Assembly (NCBI RefSeq): GCF_006345805.1 | Contig: NC_043008.1 | Span: 77,190,001-77,254,000, forward strand | Direction of reading: 5' to 3' | Source of the DNA: Octopus sinensis | Taxonomy: Eukaryota | Length of the DNA: 64,000 bases | Shown: positions 26,461 to 39,744 of the stretch, one piece after another | Layout of the letters: the number at the start of each line of letters is the position of its first letter | Numbering within the stretch: position 1 is the stretch's first letter | The notes under the pieces: model-generated | Database searches by the model: none | Told to the model about the DNA's origin: nothing | The model's input: only the letters and a program-made list of their open reading frames with translations | Program-made: the position numbers and the translations under genes

Positions 26461-29400
26461 CATTCAGTAGTTTTATTTTTATAGCGTGCTTTCACTTCAC
26501 TACCGAGCGCAGCTCTGTGTGCCTTGGGTATGTGCTGTGATTTGTTGTGATGCTCTGATGGTTATTGTATGGAAAGTGTTCTGCGTAGGATGTGTGCAGT
26601 GCCTAGTAGTGCAATTTTCTGTATGTTATATGTGTTTGTAAGTCCTCGTGTTTTTGTTATGCAATTGTCTGGATATTTTTTTATCATGCCTAATGCACCT
26701 ACTATGATAGGAATTGTTTCCGTTTTTAGATTCCACATTCTGGTTACCTCTATTTCCAGGTCTTTGTATTTTGAAAGTTTCTCCATTTCTTTTAGAGAAA
26801 TGTTGTCATCTGCCGGTATTGATACATCAATTAGAAAGCATTTTTTTCTTCATGATCTCTGACAACTATATCTGGTCTGTTGGCCTTAATTTCTCTATCT
26901 GTGTGTATCGGCATATCCCAGAGTATGGTTGCTTTCTCGTTTTCTGTGACTTTTTCTGGTGTGTGCCTATACCATCTTTTTTCTGTTGTTATTCCATAAT
27001 GTTGGCATAGCTTCCAGTGTATGTAGGTTCCAACTCTGTGAATATATTCCTTCTTAGCCAGGACTGGGCAGCCAGAGATAATATGATTTATTGTTTCTTG
27101 TCCATCTCCACATATTTCTTTTCAGTACATGTTTTTGGTAGTTTCTGGTGGGGAGGCTTTGGTCTTGTGCTGCAATTAAGAATCCCTCTGTCTCTGCTTT
27201 GTGTCCTGAGCTTCTCAACCACTGCTGGGATTTTTCTTTGTCTATTTCTTTTGCGTTTAGTTTAGTCCAGTATTTACCATGAAGGGGCTTTTCTTGCCAT
27301 CGTTTTATCATGGTTCTTTGCTGTTCTAGTTTTAGTTTGGATTTCATTTGTTTTATAGCTTTTGTTGTTTCTTCTTCTTCTTCTCTTCTTCTTCTTCTTC
27401 TTCTTCTTCTTCTTCTTCTTCTTCTTCTTCTCTTCTTCTTTCTTCTTCTTCTTCTTCTTCTTCTTCTTCTTCTTCTTCTTCTTCTCTCTTCTTCTTCTTC
27501 TTCTTCTTCTTCATATTTATTAGGTGGTATGATTTCTTGTTTGTATTTGTCAGCTTCCTTAAATACTGAGAACAGTTTTTGTTTTGCTCGTGTTTTGCCG
27601 CTATTTGTATCAGTTTTTCTTCCTTCTGAAGTAGATATTTTTTGCAGTCCTATGGTGGTTATTTTATAGTAGTTTTCCAGCTGTATAAGGCCTCTACCAC
27701 CTTCTATACGTTGTATATATAGTCTTTCTATGTCAGATTTTGGGTGATGCATCCTAGATCCTGTCATTATTTTCTTGTTTTCCTATCTATTTTGGTCAGT
27801 TCATTTCGTGTCCAGTTAGGATATTGTAGCTGTAACTTATAACTGGGACAGCTAAAGTGTTGATACCTATTATCTTGTTTTTAGCATTGAGCTCTGTTTT
27901 TAGTATTGATCTAACTCGTCTATAATATTCTTTTTTTATTTTCTCTTTCATTTGTGTGTGTTGTGTCTTATCTAGTTCATGGATTCTTAAGTATTTGTAA
28001 GTTTGACTTTGGTCTAATTCTTTTATTTCATTGGTTTTATCTAGTGTGATGTTGCTACTCTTAACTAGTTTTCCTCTTTTCAGGGTTACTTTGGCGCATT
28101 TTTCTAATCCAAATTTCATATCTATTTCTTTGGTAAATCCATGAACTGTCTTTAATAGTGTTTCCAGTTGTTTGCCATTTGCAGCGTATAGTTTTAGGTC
28201 ATCCATATATAAAAGGTGGCTGATCGTTTTGCCGTAACATTTATATCCGCATCCAGTTCTATTTAGCATATCAGATAGAGGTGACAGTGCCAAGCAGAAA
28301 AGGAGTGGAGAGAGCGTGTCTCCCTGGAATATTCCTCTTCTAATGGGGATGGCTTTGGTTTTCATGAGTCCCTCTTTTGTTTGGAGCTGTAGCACTGTTT
28401 GCCATTTATTCATAGAGTGTCCTATGAATTTTATAATTGTTGGTGCTACTTTGTTAATGGCTAGTGTTTCGAGGATCCATGTGTGGGGGATGCTATCAAC
28501 CGCCTTTTTGTAGTCGATCCAGGCCATACTGAGGCCTTTCTTCTTTCTGTGGCTGTCTTCAGTTATGGCTTTATTAATCATTAGTTGATCTTTACAGCCA
28601 TATGAGCCCTTGCGGCATCCTTTCTGCTCTTCTGGAAACAGGTTGTTTTCGTCCTGGTGCTTGTTAAACCTTTGCGATATCACTGCAGTAAATGCCTTGT
28701 ACATTGTAGGGAGACAGGTTATTGGTCTGTAGTTTTCTGGTTTTGCTGTCTCATTTGATTTGGGAATTAAGATGGTTTTTCCCCTTCGTGAGCCATTCAG
28801 GCATTGTCTCTGGCTCTGCTAGTATGTTGTTAAAGTTTTCAGCCAGCTTTTTGTGCATTCCTGTTAGATATTTCAACCAGAAGTTGGGGATCTTGTCATG
28901 CCCAGGTGCCTTCCAGTTGCTTAGTCTTTGCAGTGCCTGGGTGACATCTTCAGTTGTTATGGGGGTCCAAAGTTGCTCAGATGCTGAGTTTGTTGTTTCA
29001 ATACTCCTTTTTTTTGGTTGTTCGTTCGCCGACCATATTTCTCACCAGAATTCTTCCACTTCTTCTGCCGTTGGTGCTGCAGTGATTTCTATTTTATTTT
29101 TGCCAAGTTTTTGTTAGAACTTTTTGGGGTTGGAGTTGAACTTTTTGTTTTGTTCAAAGAAGTGCTGGCGTTTCTCGTACCGGCAGATCCTTTGTGCTTT
29201 GGCAAGGATATCTTGCTTTAGCTTTACTTTTATCTCAGGTAAATCTTTTTGTGTGATGTTGTATTTGCGGAGTATTTTTGTTTTCTTTTTGTTGTTCAGT
29301 AGCGTAGATTCTCTACTGATTTCATTAAGAATCGACAGAGACTTTCTAATTTTTTGTATTTTGTTTTGGATGTTATTTATCCACAGGGTTTGTTTGGGTG

Positions 29401-29860
29401 GTGGTACTCCTGTTTGGATGGGTTTGAGTGAGTATCCAGCTTCTTTTGTGGCTGCAGTGGCTGCTGCGTATACTAAGTCAGTGATATCGCTTTTTGTTTC
29501 AGTGGCTCTTAGTTCCGTGACGGCTAGGTTTATGCTGTTTATAATTGGTGTTGTTGTTTCGTCTATTTTGATTTTTGGGAGGTATGGTCGGTGGTCCATT
29601 TTGAGCTCTGTGGTTTTTAGTTCTTTGATTATTCTACTTTTTATATTATCATAATCATTAGGCTCCCCTTCGTTGTTTCTTCTTCTTCTTCTTCTTCTTC
29701 TTCTTCTTCTTCTTCTTCTTCTTCTTCTTCTTCTTCTTCTTCTTCTTCTTCTTCTCTTCTCCTCCTTCTCTTCTTCTTCTTCTTCTTCTTCTTCTTCTTC
29801 TCCTCCTCTCCTCCTCTCCTCCTCCTCCTTCTTCTTCTTCTTCTTCTTCTTCTTCTTCTA
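26461..29860 (-). mobile_element. Long R4/Dong-like element, frameshifted, with two (GAA)n expansions in the ORF
   Basis: ORF pieces 29114-29599 (N-terminal), 27796-28704 (RT: EQKGC, WIDYKKA.DSIPH, GIFQGDTLSPLLF, YMDD), 27054-27767 and 26562-26786 (RLE end); TTC tracts at 27369-27512 and 29676-29860. Confidence 0.93.
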
Positions 29861-29879
29861 TTCTATATTATTATTATTA

Positions 29880-29938
<59 letters not shown>
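29861..29938. repeat. (ATT)n microsatellite
   Basis: Read directly from the sequence. Confidence 0.95.
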
Positions 29939-29939
<1 letters not shown>

Positions 29940-32900
29940 CTTTCCAGACCAAATCAGCTCGCATTGCGCGAGCACTGATAGCGGGAAAGGGGAGTGGCAT
30001 ACAGTGCCACCGAAAAAGAAAAGAAAAAAGAAACAAAAAGAAACACATGACACACTGGGGAGGTGCGAACAATTAGTGCTTCCCAACATCAACAGCAACA
30101 ACATGCACCCACAACAACAACAATTAACAACACCTTCTCTACCAGTACTGCTACACACACCAACACACACAGACACCACCAACACCGTTACAACAATAAA
30201 CACGAACAATGAACAGTTAGTAACATACCTGAAAAATAACACAGACACAAAAATGTCAGATTTTATTATACCCACACACAACACACTACCAGCACACATA
30301 CTTACATTTAAAATCACACAAGACAATTATAATAAAATCAAGGAGAAATTCCCAAACGATGTTGGGTCGCTAGGGAGAAATTTCTCCAAAAATCTCTACA
30401 AAAACCTGGTGGAAAAACCCGTCCAAAAGCACAAGGGAGCCACCCCACCAAACAACAACAGTAAGTAGAGCCATTTTCTCCTTAACCTTTTAAAACATGG
30501 CAAAACTCAGAATCGGTAGCATAAATGTAAGAGGCCTCGGGTCACCTTGGAAACAGGGTCACCTGTTAAACGACCTGAGGTCTCATAGAGTTGATGTAGC
30601 AGCCATTAGTGAAACCAGGCTCTCTAACCCGTAAGAACTCGCGGCCCTTTTCAGCGGATACGAGATTTTTCTATCTTCGTGTCGGCCGGGAGCGGCCGGT
30701 GGTGGTACGGCGGTTTTGTTTCGGAAGGGCCTGGATTTGAAAATAAGGACAGTCTTCCTGGATCCGGAAGGTAAGTTGGTGGTCCTTGACGTAGACGGTA
30801 GTGACGGTGGTGCTTTCAGACTGCTGGCTGCCTACACTCCGAAAGGAGCAGGGCAGTCCGATTATTTCAAGCGTCTGGAAGTTTTCTTGGGGACGTCACG
30901 CACTCTAGTGCTAGTTGGGGATTGGAACGCTGTCTTAGATGAACGTTTCGATCGGGTGGGCACGGGAGCATCTAATAGGAGAGGTGGGTGCAAGTGCCTC
31001 GCCAACCTGCTCAGGCGCTTTCAGTTGTCCGATAGGTTTCGACTAGACAACCCGAATGTGCCAATGTGGACTTGGACTAATTGCATCGGGTCGTTTAGAT
31101 CGTACTTAGATAGAGTCTTCTGTAGGCCAGCGGATAAGGACAGCATAGGGTGTCCACAATTCCACCTAGTCGACTACACGGACCACAAATTCATGATCTG
31201 TACGGTCGACTTAGATAGGCTACATAGACAGGGTCCCGGCTACTGGAAGCTGAACGCGTCGTTAACGGCGTGCAAAGCCTACAGAGACCGGATTAGTTTA
31301 TTAGTTAAACGGGCGCTCACGGGGGCAATCATCAACAACAACTGGTGGTTTGCTCTCAAGAGAGCAATTAGAGCAGAGTCGATTAGGTTTAGTAAGGCTC
31401 TAGCTGTAGAACGTAGAAAAACAGCGGGATTTAGTTAGAAAACTAGACGAGGCTCTTGAGACAGGCATCGCAACCGACGTGTTGGCGTCTAGGTTGGCCC
31501 TCGACCAACACTTTGACGCCAAACACGAAGGCTGCGTTGTCAGAGCTAAGGCGCGTTCGCTAAGCGGGAAGGGAACTAAGGCCGTTCGATGGGCCCGCTT
31601 GGTGGAGTCGAAACGTGGCAACAAAGCGACTATTCGGTCTTTGGTGGACCAGAATGGGTGCGAGGTTTCCGAACCAAAGCAGATGTGTGCGGTGTTTCAG
31701 CGGTACTTTGCTCAACTGTTTGGGGTGAACGGTGGGACGGACAACGAGACAGACTTCGGTGTGTACCTGGACGGCTTACCGCAACTCTCGGACAGCGAGG
31801 CGGAGTGCTGCGAAAGACAGATATCTGCCTGGGAAGTGGAGGAAGCAATGAAGAGCTGCACGAGAGGCAGATCGCCGGGCTTGGATGGTCTGCCCTACAA
31901 GCTTTACACTTCAATGCCAGACTTGTTTGCGGGCCTCTTGGCAAACGTCTACTGCAAATGGCAACAAAACGGGAGAATTCCTGCTTTTGTTTGTCGAGGG
32001 GTGGTGGCTTTGCTGAGAAAGGACCCAAACAAGGGGGACGTTATTGGGAACTTTAGGCCCATCATTTTGTTCAATGCAGAGTTGAAGATTTTGGCCAAGG
32101 TGCTAGCCAAGAGATTGGCGCTTGTCGTGGAGAAGCTGATTGACAAGGCGCAGACATGCACCGTGCCGACCAGGTCGATACACGATAATCTCCATCTGAT
32201 GCGCTACATCATAGAGAGGGTGGGTAACGACACTGGCGCGGGTGGGGCTTTGATCAATTTAGATCAGAGTAAAGCCTTCGATAGGGTCGACCATCGATAC
32301 CTGGCAGCTTTTCTCAAGGCAGCCCGTTTCGGTCCAGTCTTCCGCGGGTGGATCGCTGCTTTGTACAGCAACATCTGCTCGGTGATACGGGTGAACGGTT
32401 ACCTTTCGCAGCCGCTTGACATCTCGCGTTCAGTTCGCCAAGGATGTCCTCTCTCCTCCCTCTTGTACGTATTGACTCTCGAGCCATTACTGCGCAAGTT
32501 GGAGGCTTTGAGGGGTATCCCGCGTGATCTAGGAGGTGGAAACAGCGTGTCTGCCTATGCCGACGACGTCACCGTGATGGTGTCGAGCCAAAGGCACATT
32601 GACCTGATTGGCGAGACACTAAGCGAGTACGAAGTGGTGACAGGGGTAAAGATTAATGCGGAAAAGTCCGTGGGCTTGCAACTGGGCACCTGGAGAGTCA
32701 AGTCCATGCCGTCCAACAGTGTTGTAGGGCGCTGGACAGACGGACCCGTTAAACTGCTCGGGGTCTGGTTTGGTCCAGACCTCCAGGTGGATAAAAACTG
32801 GGAAGAGGTGACAAACAGGGTGGCCAATCTCACCCAGAAATGGGCCGAGAGGAAGCTGTCCCTGAAAGGTCGAGCGGAGGTGGCGAATGCGTACATCGCA

Positions 32901-34194
32901 TCCATCATCTATTACCGATTGACCGTCGTCCCTTGTCCCGATCGCTGGTTGGCCAAGCTGGTGCGCTTGCTCTTCGACTTCTTGTGGAAGGGTCAGGTAC
33001 CACTGGTCAGGCGACCCATCTGCTGTCAACGGCCGCTGAACGGAGGCCTTGGCATGCCGTGGTTACTGATGCACAGACATGCGCTCAGGCTACGGCATCT
33101 CATGTATTTCGTAAACGGTGAACAGGTGTGGTCATCTTTTGTCAGACAAAAGATGACCACACCTGTTCCGCAGCTCGTCTCTTTGACAGAGTTGCAGTCT
33201 TGGATCAAATGCCGACCGAGAAAGGGCGCTTAGCACCTCGAGTGCCGTCAAGCTCTCTCTGCCCTCCACCAGGCGGGCAATGCGATCGGTAGTGGTTCCA
33301 CTCTAGCGTTCTATAGCGGTTTAGTGGAAGAAAAGTGCGGCGACGTTCTCGGGGAAACTCTAGGCGTTGACGATAACGAGATAAACAGTCTGTTCGGGAG
33401 AACTTTCGGGCCGGGGCCAATGGATAATTTCCAAAGGTCCCACGCCTGGAAGTGCTACCGAGGGGCTCTGCCTGTTCGGGATAAACTCTATCGGCAGGGA
33501 AGTGCCGTCAGACGGGCCTGCCCGAGGTGCGCCCAGGACGACGAAACCGTTCTGCACGCACTCGTCCAGTGCCCGAGTATTGCTGAACTATGGGTTTATG
33601 TCGAACAGCTACTGTCACGTTTAGGCTATCAGCTGAATCCATAGTGAGGATTGCCCTGCCGACCTCCTTTAACCGGGAGGGCAAGGCAGTATTCCTTTGC
33701 CTAGTGGCTGTAGCGATATAGGTGATATGGTGGACCCGTTTGAAAGGGCTATGATTAGACACTTTCCTCTTTGGCCAAGGCCTCATCAACTTTTTCAAGT
33801 TTCACTTGAAAAGGAAGATGAGAGTAGAGAGGGAAGTGATGTATGGTAGCAAGTTTATTGAAAGGTTGGTGAATGTCGCAAGAATGTGGTATGAACGGAC
33901 CAATTCTGGGGATACACCTGTGAAAATTAAAAGGAAATATAAAAGGAGAAAGGGGCTCTCTACCCCGCTTTTGACCAGGCTACCGTGGCTTTTATATGTT
34001 TTTCCACGAGTAACCTTTCGAAGCGCCTCCCCCTATTGGGAGTTTTAATTGTTACTTACATTTCGTTGTTATCTTGCTTTTATACACGGACTTTTTCAAA
34101 CGGACAAAACCCTTTGTAACTTTCGTCGTCCTCTGTTTTGTCCCTTTATGTTTTAATTGATTTTTGTTAGCCCTTGAGGCCAATAAACGAACGA
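29939..34194 (+). mobile_element. Tx1-clade (L1 group) non-LTR retrotransposon, 5'-truncated within ORF1
   Basis: ORF1 C-terminal part to 30468, ORF2 from ATG 30497, 3' UTR ending CCCTTGAGGCCAATAAACGAACGA followed by (ATT)n; (ATT)n also upstream. Confidence 0.9.
30497..33920 (+). pseudogene. Tx1-like ORF2: APE endonuclease, reverse transcriptase and zinc finger, disrupted
   Basis: MAKLRIGSINVRGL..ISETR, premature TAA at 30632, GDWN, SYLDRV, TDH, WKLN; frameshift near 31430; SPGLDG, FRPI.L.N, LDQSKAFDRVDH, QGCPLS, AYADD; stop at 33231; CPRC..ETVLHALVQC. Confidence 0.93.
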
Positions 34195-34248
<54 letters not shown>

Positions 34249-34343
34249 ATTATTATTATTATTATAAAGTAGTAGTAGTAGAAGTAGTAGTAGTAATAGT
34301 AGTAGTAGTAGTAGTAGTGGTAGTAGTAGTAGTTGTAGTAGTA
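34195..34343. repeat. (ATT)n followed by (AGT)n microsatellite
   Basis: Read directly from the sequence. Confidence 0.95.
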
Positions 34344-34761
34344 GGGATCTTTTCGGTCTGAACGGCAGTTTTTAATATAATTTCTAGGTAACTAAAAAAT
34401 TTTAAACTTCGTATACTTGTAGAATGTGTTTATAAAACATTATTTTCTCTTGGCTTTCTTGAGAAAATTCTGTAGTTGGTAACATATTTCGTCTTTAATT
34501 TCTTGCATTTCGGCAATTTTAACCAATCAATGACCGTCTATTGAGGTGAAAGCATTCTGTGCCGTATGAATATGTCCCTCTTTTAAGAAACAGATTGGGT
34601 TTATTTACATTTGTGAAGAAAAAAAGATACCCTTCTCCCACCCCTAACCCTAACCCTAACCCTAGCTAACCCTAAATCTAAAATAGATTGAAATGCAATA
34701 GATCGATTCTAGGGTCATAATTATGGGTGACAATTTCATGACACCGCTAGAAAAAACTGCC
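34344..34761. mobile_element. MITE-like element with inverted repeats and internal (CCCTAA)n
   Basis: GGCAGTTTTT (34364-34373) pairs with AAAAACTGCC (34752-34761); CCCTAA x3 plus degenerate units at 34642-34675; right end appears truncated. Confidence 0.5.
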
Positions 34762-35092
34762 ATTTTTTCTAGCTTTTTGTTGTTAATGTCTCTTGTCAGA
34801 GACTATACCTTGTGGAATTTATTCGGTTCTTTAGGTTCTACGTTCAAATTTCGCCGAAGTCAAGTTTGCTTGTCATTCCTCCAGGCTACATGAAGTAACG
34901 CCAGTCAAGTACTGGATCCAACATAAGCAATTTTCCTTCACTCCGCCTCATTTCTAGCCTAGTGCTTACTTTAGAAACGCTTATTTGCTTCAAGGACAGC
35001 AAAGGGTAAAATTGCCGTCCAGTCAAAGTCGTGGGTGGGATTAATGGGTTGAATAAGAAGGAAGAGACAGAGAAAAGGAGGGTGGGGGAAGA

Positions 35093-35124
<32 letters not shown>

Positions 35125-36003
35125 AGGAGGGAAAAGAGAGTGCTCCTTACTTCTTCCATTGCAACACTGCAGAAAGACAGAAGAGAGCAATAAGGTATGA
35201 GGGATTCTAGCACACACACAAACACACACAATTAAGCAAACACACACATACACAAACTTAAATACACACACAGATACAATCAGCCCCACAGTTATATAGA
35301 CACAAACAGATATACACAAGTCGACTCGAACACACAGATACACACACACACACACACACGTTCCTTGTATAGAACAGGTCTCCTCCTGTCATGAACCAGA
35401 TTTAGCTGCGTATGTGTCTATTAAAATTTGTGTATTTCTGAGCACACGCCTGTGTGTCATAGATATTCATATTTTAAATATGTGCATGTGTGTATGTGTA
35501 TGTGTGTGTGTATGTGTATGTGAATATGTAACTGTAAGTATATATGTGTTGGTGTGAGTGTGTGTGTGTACGGTGTTTGTAACTGTCTAATGCGTGTGAC
35601 GTGAGTGGCCTTGAGTTAGGATTTCCAAACACGTGCCTGACTGACCCAGTTCACAAAGTGCAAACATTACACACCGCCTCTACTCCTAACCTGCCCTCCA
35701 CCAATATCATCATTATCAGCAGCAGCATAGCAGCAGACAAAAGCTGTTTTGTGCTGCTACTTCTAACGTGAATATGTGTGAGTGTGTATATTTCTCTGTG
35801 TGTGTGTATGTGTGTGTGTGTGGTGTGTGTGTGTGTGTGTGCCTATGTGTGAGGTCTGTGTCCCTGTATGTCTGTGTGGGAGGTCCCCCCCCATTTCTCT
35901 CATTCTCTCTTCCTTTCTCTGAATTTTTGTTGAAAAATTACCACCACCACCATCAACCACATCAACAAAACCAATTAGAGTGGCTTTCGTTGTAACAGTG
36001 TTG

Positions 36004-36035
<32 letters not shown>

Positions 36036-36425
36036 GGTGTTTGTAGTAGTAGTAGTAGTAGTTTTGATGGTAGTGGCGGTTGTGGTAGATGTAGCTGTCA
36101 TTTAACCTCACTTAAGATAAAAATTAAAAAAACCATGATGGGTGGCGTTCCAGCCGTGACAATTCTGTCTGCTGTATCTGTCTCCTTTCTTTTTTGAGAT
36201 AGCCATGGAAGAAACAATTGAGGAATTTAGTTGATATTTCTTGCAGGTCGAAACCCTCATGGTTTTTCTCGCGAGCTTTACACATTAGTGATCAACAATA
36301 TTCCATTCGTGATCATCCCGTCTTTGGAGGTATATCAAGAACAATGTTTTTCTCAAAGGTGTGAGTTGAAGGAAATTTCGTTGCTATTTCTAGCAGACAT
36401 TTAATGTGTTTTGTGTCGGTGCGCG

Positions 36426-36474
<49 letters not shown>

Positions 36475-36886
36475 AAGAAGAAGAAGACGTAACTGCCAGT
36501 CTAAGTCGATACACGTATGTTGTGCAAGAATTTTACATCTGATAATTTAAGGTGTATTTTGTCTTCGGGACGCCCCCCCCCCACACACACACGTACACAC
36601 ATAAATAGACGCGTTCACCAAAACAGCCCACACGTTTCCTTTACTTTCCCTCCCACACGCCCCTCAGCCATGTGTTTATTATTATTATTATTTCGAAGCT
36701 GAGCTGATGCTACACCTTACTATGGCGATGGCGGTTCAATTCTCAATATTTGCACTCTGTAGCAGTCTGGCCTCGTTTTTCGCTGACATCTTCAAATATA
36801 GGAATTTTCGCTCGATACTTCTCTCTCTCTCTCTCTTTCCACTTTTCTCTCACATTGTCTCTTCCCTCTCTTTCCTTTTCTCTCTT

Positions 36887-36918
<32 letters not shown>

Positions 36919-37499
36919 CCTCTCTCTCTCTCGCTCGCTCGCGCACACACAGACACGTACGCACACACGCACACAAATGCGGGCGCGTATGTTTGGCTGC
37001 TTATTCTCACTGCTAGAAATTGCAGCCAAATCTCTACCAAATCATACACTTACAAAAGGACGTATTAGATAGGTTCTTCACATACCTAAAAAGGTGGGAT
37101 GATCACGAATGGTATATCGTTGATCATAGGTCACCTGGATCAAGATTGAGCAAGGGCTAAACAATAAAAACTCCAAGCCAACGAGAAAATCCCTGTGGTT
37201 GCCCAATCAGTTAGAAATAACAATCTAACTCCCTCAATTATTGCATAACTTTCTTTAAAAAGGAAAGACACAGATAGAACCGACCGAATGCTCGCTTCTG
37301 GAACGTCTTTCATCGTAGGTTTGTTGGATCATGACTGATCTGAGGTCAAGGAGTAACGACAACCAATATCGACGGGGATTCTCACAACCATATGCGCGTG
37401 CGTGTGTGTGTATGTCAATCTACACACACACACACAGACACACACACAGACACACACACAAACACATATATACCTACATGCATACATGCATACGTATGT

Positions 37500-37712
37500 G
37501 TTTATGTCGGATTATTTCTGTTTCTCCCCCGCCACCGCTTGACGACCGATGTTAGCTTGCATACGTCTCCATGCAGCGATTCAGGAAAGAGACCGACAGA
37601 GTAAGCACCAAACTTAGAAACAAGTATTTGAGATCGATTTATTCGACCAAACATTTCAAGGCGTAGCCCCAAGATGGTCGCAGTTCAAAGACTGAAACAA
37701 ATAAAATATAAT
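37500..37712 (+). mobile_element. Decayed 3' half of the OR/OK-like SINE
   Basis: CCACCGCTTGACGACCGATG..AAGAGACCGA..GATCGATTTATTCGAC..CTGAAACAAATAAAA is collinear with 44060-44236. Confidence 0.65.
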
Positions 37713-37725
37713 TCGCGCGCGCGCG

Positions 37726-37812
37726 CGCACACACACGCTTGCACACACACACACGCTTGCACACACACACACGCTTGCACACACACACACGCTTGCACAC
37801 ACACACACACAC
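37726..37812. repeat. Short minisatellite (ACAC..ACGCTTGC) x4
   Basis: Read directly from the sequence. Confidence 0.85.
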
Positions 37813-38127
37813 ACTAAGGCACGTTAAAAAATACGGTAGAGGGACATACGTTAGAAACTTGCATTAACGGAGATTGTCCTTGAAATTCGAAGACAGAGCC
37901 CCCGCTAGAGGTGTATAAAATACAACAGCTGTAAATGAGGGAAATACCTCCCCAAATATCAGTTAATGTAAAGTTTGGAAAATATAGACAAAGAAATTGG
38001 AGGGAATCTACTCTTCCAAGTCAACAGGCAAAAGTAATAAAGTAATGGACATATTTCAGTCTTATTAAGACCTCACAAGGGAAGCATACTCACTTTGGTA
38101 AGCAACATTTAGAAGTAATCAGTGCAT

Positions 38128-38813
38128 TACCAGTATAGCCCGGCTTTGCTCGGGATTAAGTTAGGATTATTAAGCCAATGAAGCTCTTTATTTCAATGCA
38201 AACTAAGTAACATTGACGTCAAATTTGGGTGAAATCCGTTGAAACTGGTAAACGTTTGGCTGAAATTTTGCAGACAATTTGATTGGGAAATCCCATAAGG
38301 AATCGGTTTATCGATTTTTTCCAGCATCGATTGCTTTTTTTTTTTCGTTTGTGGAGAACTTAAAGCATTCAAAGATCCCATGAGTCCTAAGTAATGCTGG
38401 CATCAAGTTTGAACAAGATACATCAAAACTAGTAGACGTTGTGGTTGAACAGAGTCAGATCTCTCCTTTCGTAAATATGGACAGTTTCGAAACATTGTTT
38501 ACAAAATGCAAATTTGTAAACATCCAGAGTTAAGTTTTGTAGGTGGAATAGAGAGAGATACCTTCTCCCACAGAGATGTGAGAGTCAGATCTCTCCTTTC
38601 GAAAGCATGAACACTTTCGAAACGTTGTTTTCAAAATAATAGCTGATCGTTTGCGAAGCAGCGTGTCTACAGTCAACACGTAAGTCTTTTGCTCTGGTAA
38701 CCTCTGCTCTCTCCCAAGTTCACGCACGACCAGCTATATATCGCTATGAGTAGAGCAATGGTTTCAGATAATTTGGAAATTAATTGTGGAGAAACAGAGA
38801 ATATCGTTTATAT

Positions 38814-38845
<32 letters not shown>

Positions 38846-39349
38846 CGGGCAACACACCCAAACACACACACACACACACACACATTGCATACATGCTCGT
38901 GTGTGCGTGTGTGTGTGACTGAAGGCATTCACACATACATACATACATACAAACATACATACATACATACATACATACATACATACATACATAACTGTTT
39001 TTGCCTGTTAATCACTCGGAAAAAAGACAAAATTTTAATAATCTGTTATCTCTCTCACTCTCTCTCCCTCTCCCTCCCTCTCTTTACACCGTCACTAGAA
39101 GGGGACTTACTCATGTTTGGTTTGTAAACAATGGTATATTCCTCCGCTATGAAAATTGTTAGAGGTAATGGATCAAAATTATTCACCGCTATTCGTGGGT
39201 GCTTCGGGGGGAAATAATTTGACGAAAATACAGCTAGGATCGTGACGAATGTCCTCCTAAAATTTGAGCGACATGCGTGCTAATTTGTAGATGTGCATAA
39301 ACTACATTCACGTACACACACACACACATACACATCCTGTCTTATATAT
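38128..39349 (+). mobile_element. Helitron-like non-autonomous element with internal direct repeat and microsatellites
   Basis: Head TACCAGTATAGCCCGGCTTTGCTCGGG; 56-bp direct repeat GAGTCAGATCTCTCCTTTCG.. at ~38453 and ~38582; tail ACACACA..CTTATATAT. Confidence 0.35.
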
Positions 39350-39477
39350 TGTTACGGACCACCTGCCGTCGCTCGGTCGATCAGCGGATGTGCGCCACGG
39401 AAACTCGGAGAGGAGAGAGAGATACAACAACAACAGCAGCAGCAGCACAGAGATACAGCGGAGGCAATCGAGAGAGA
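38681..39477. repeat. Inverted-duplication arm A (partner 40855-41657)
   Basis: Near-identical reverse complement apart from microsatellite length and about one substitution. Confidence 0.95.
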
Positions 39478-39744
39478 CACAAAGAGGCAAGGCAATTGGC
39501 TTACATTTAACAATCAATTCTTACAACATCAATTACATTTCAGATACATTTAAAAGAGGACATGCAAGTAACAACTCAATACATCATACAGGTATACCAC
39601 AGATCAAAGCATTTAAACATGCAGATACAATATAACAGTCCGGAGACACAGTTCTGTTTCAAATCACATTAAAGGCATAAACAATGTTCGTAGACAAATA
39701 AGTTCACGTTACAAATCAATGTTCAATTCACAACAGTTCCCATT

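Noticed and set aside
29124-29654. Long antisense ORFs over LINE coding regions (also 31589-32056 and 32555-32908)
   Set aside because: They are shadow frames of the retrotransposon ORFs with no independent motifs
34642-34675. True telomere or chromosome fusion site
   Set aside because: Only three perfect units in one orientation, inside an element with inverted repeats
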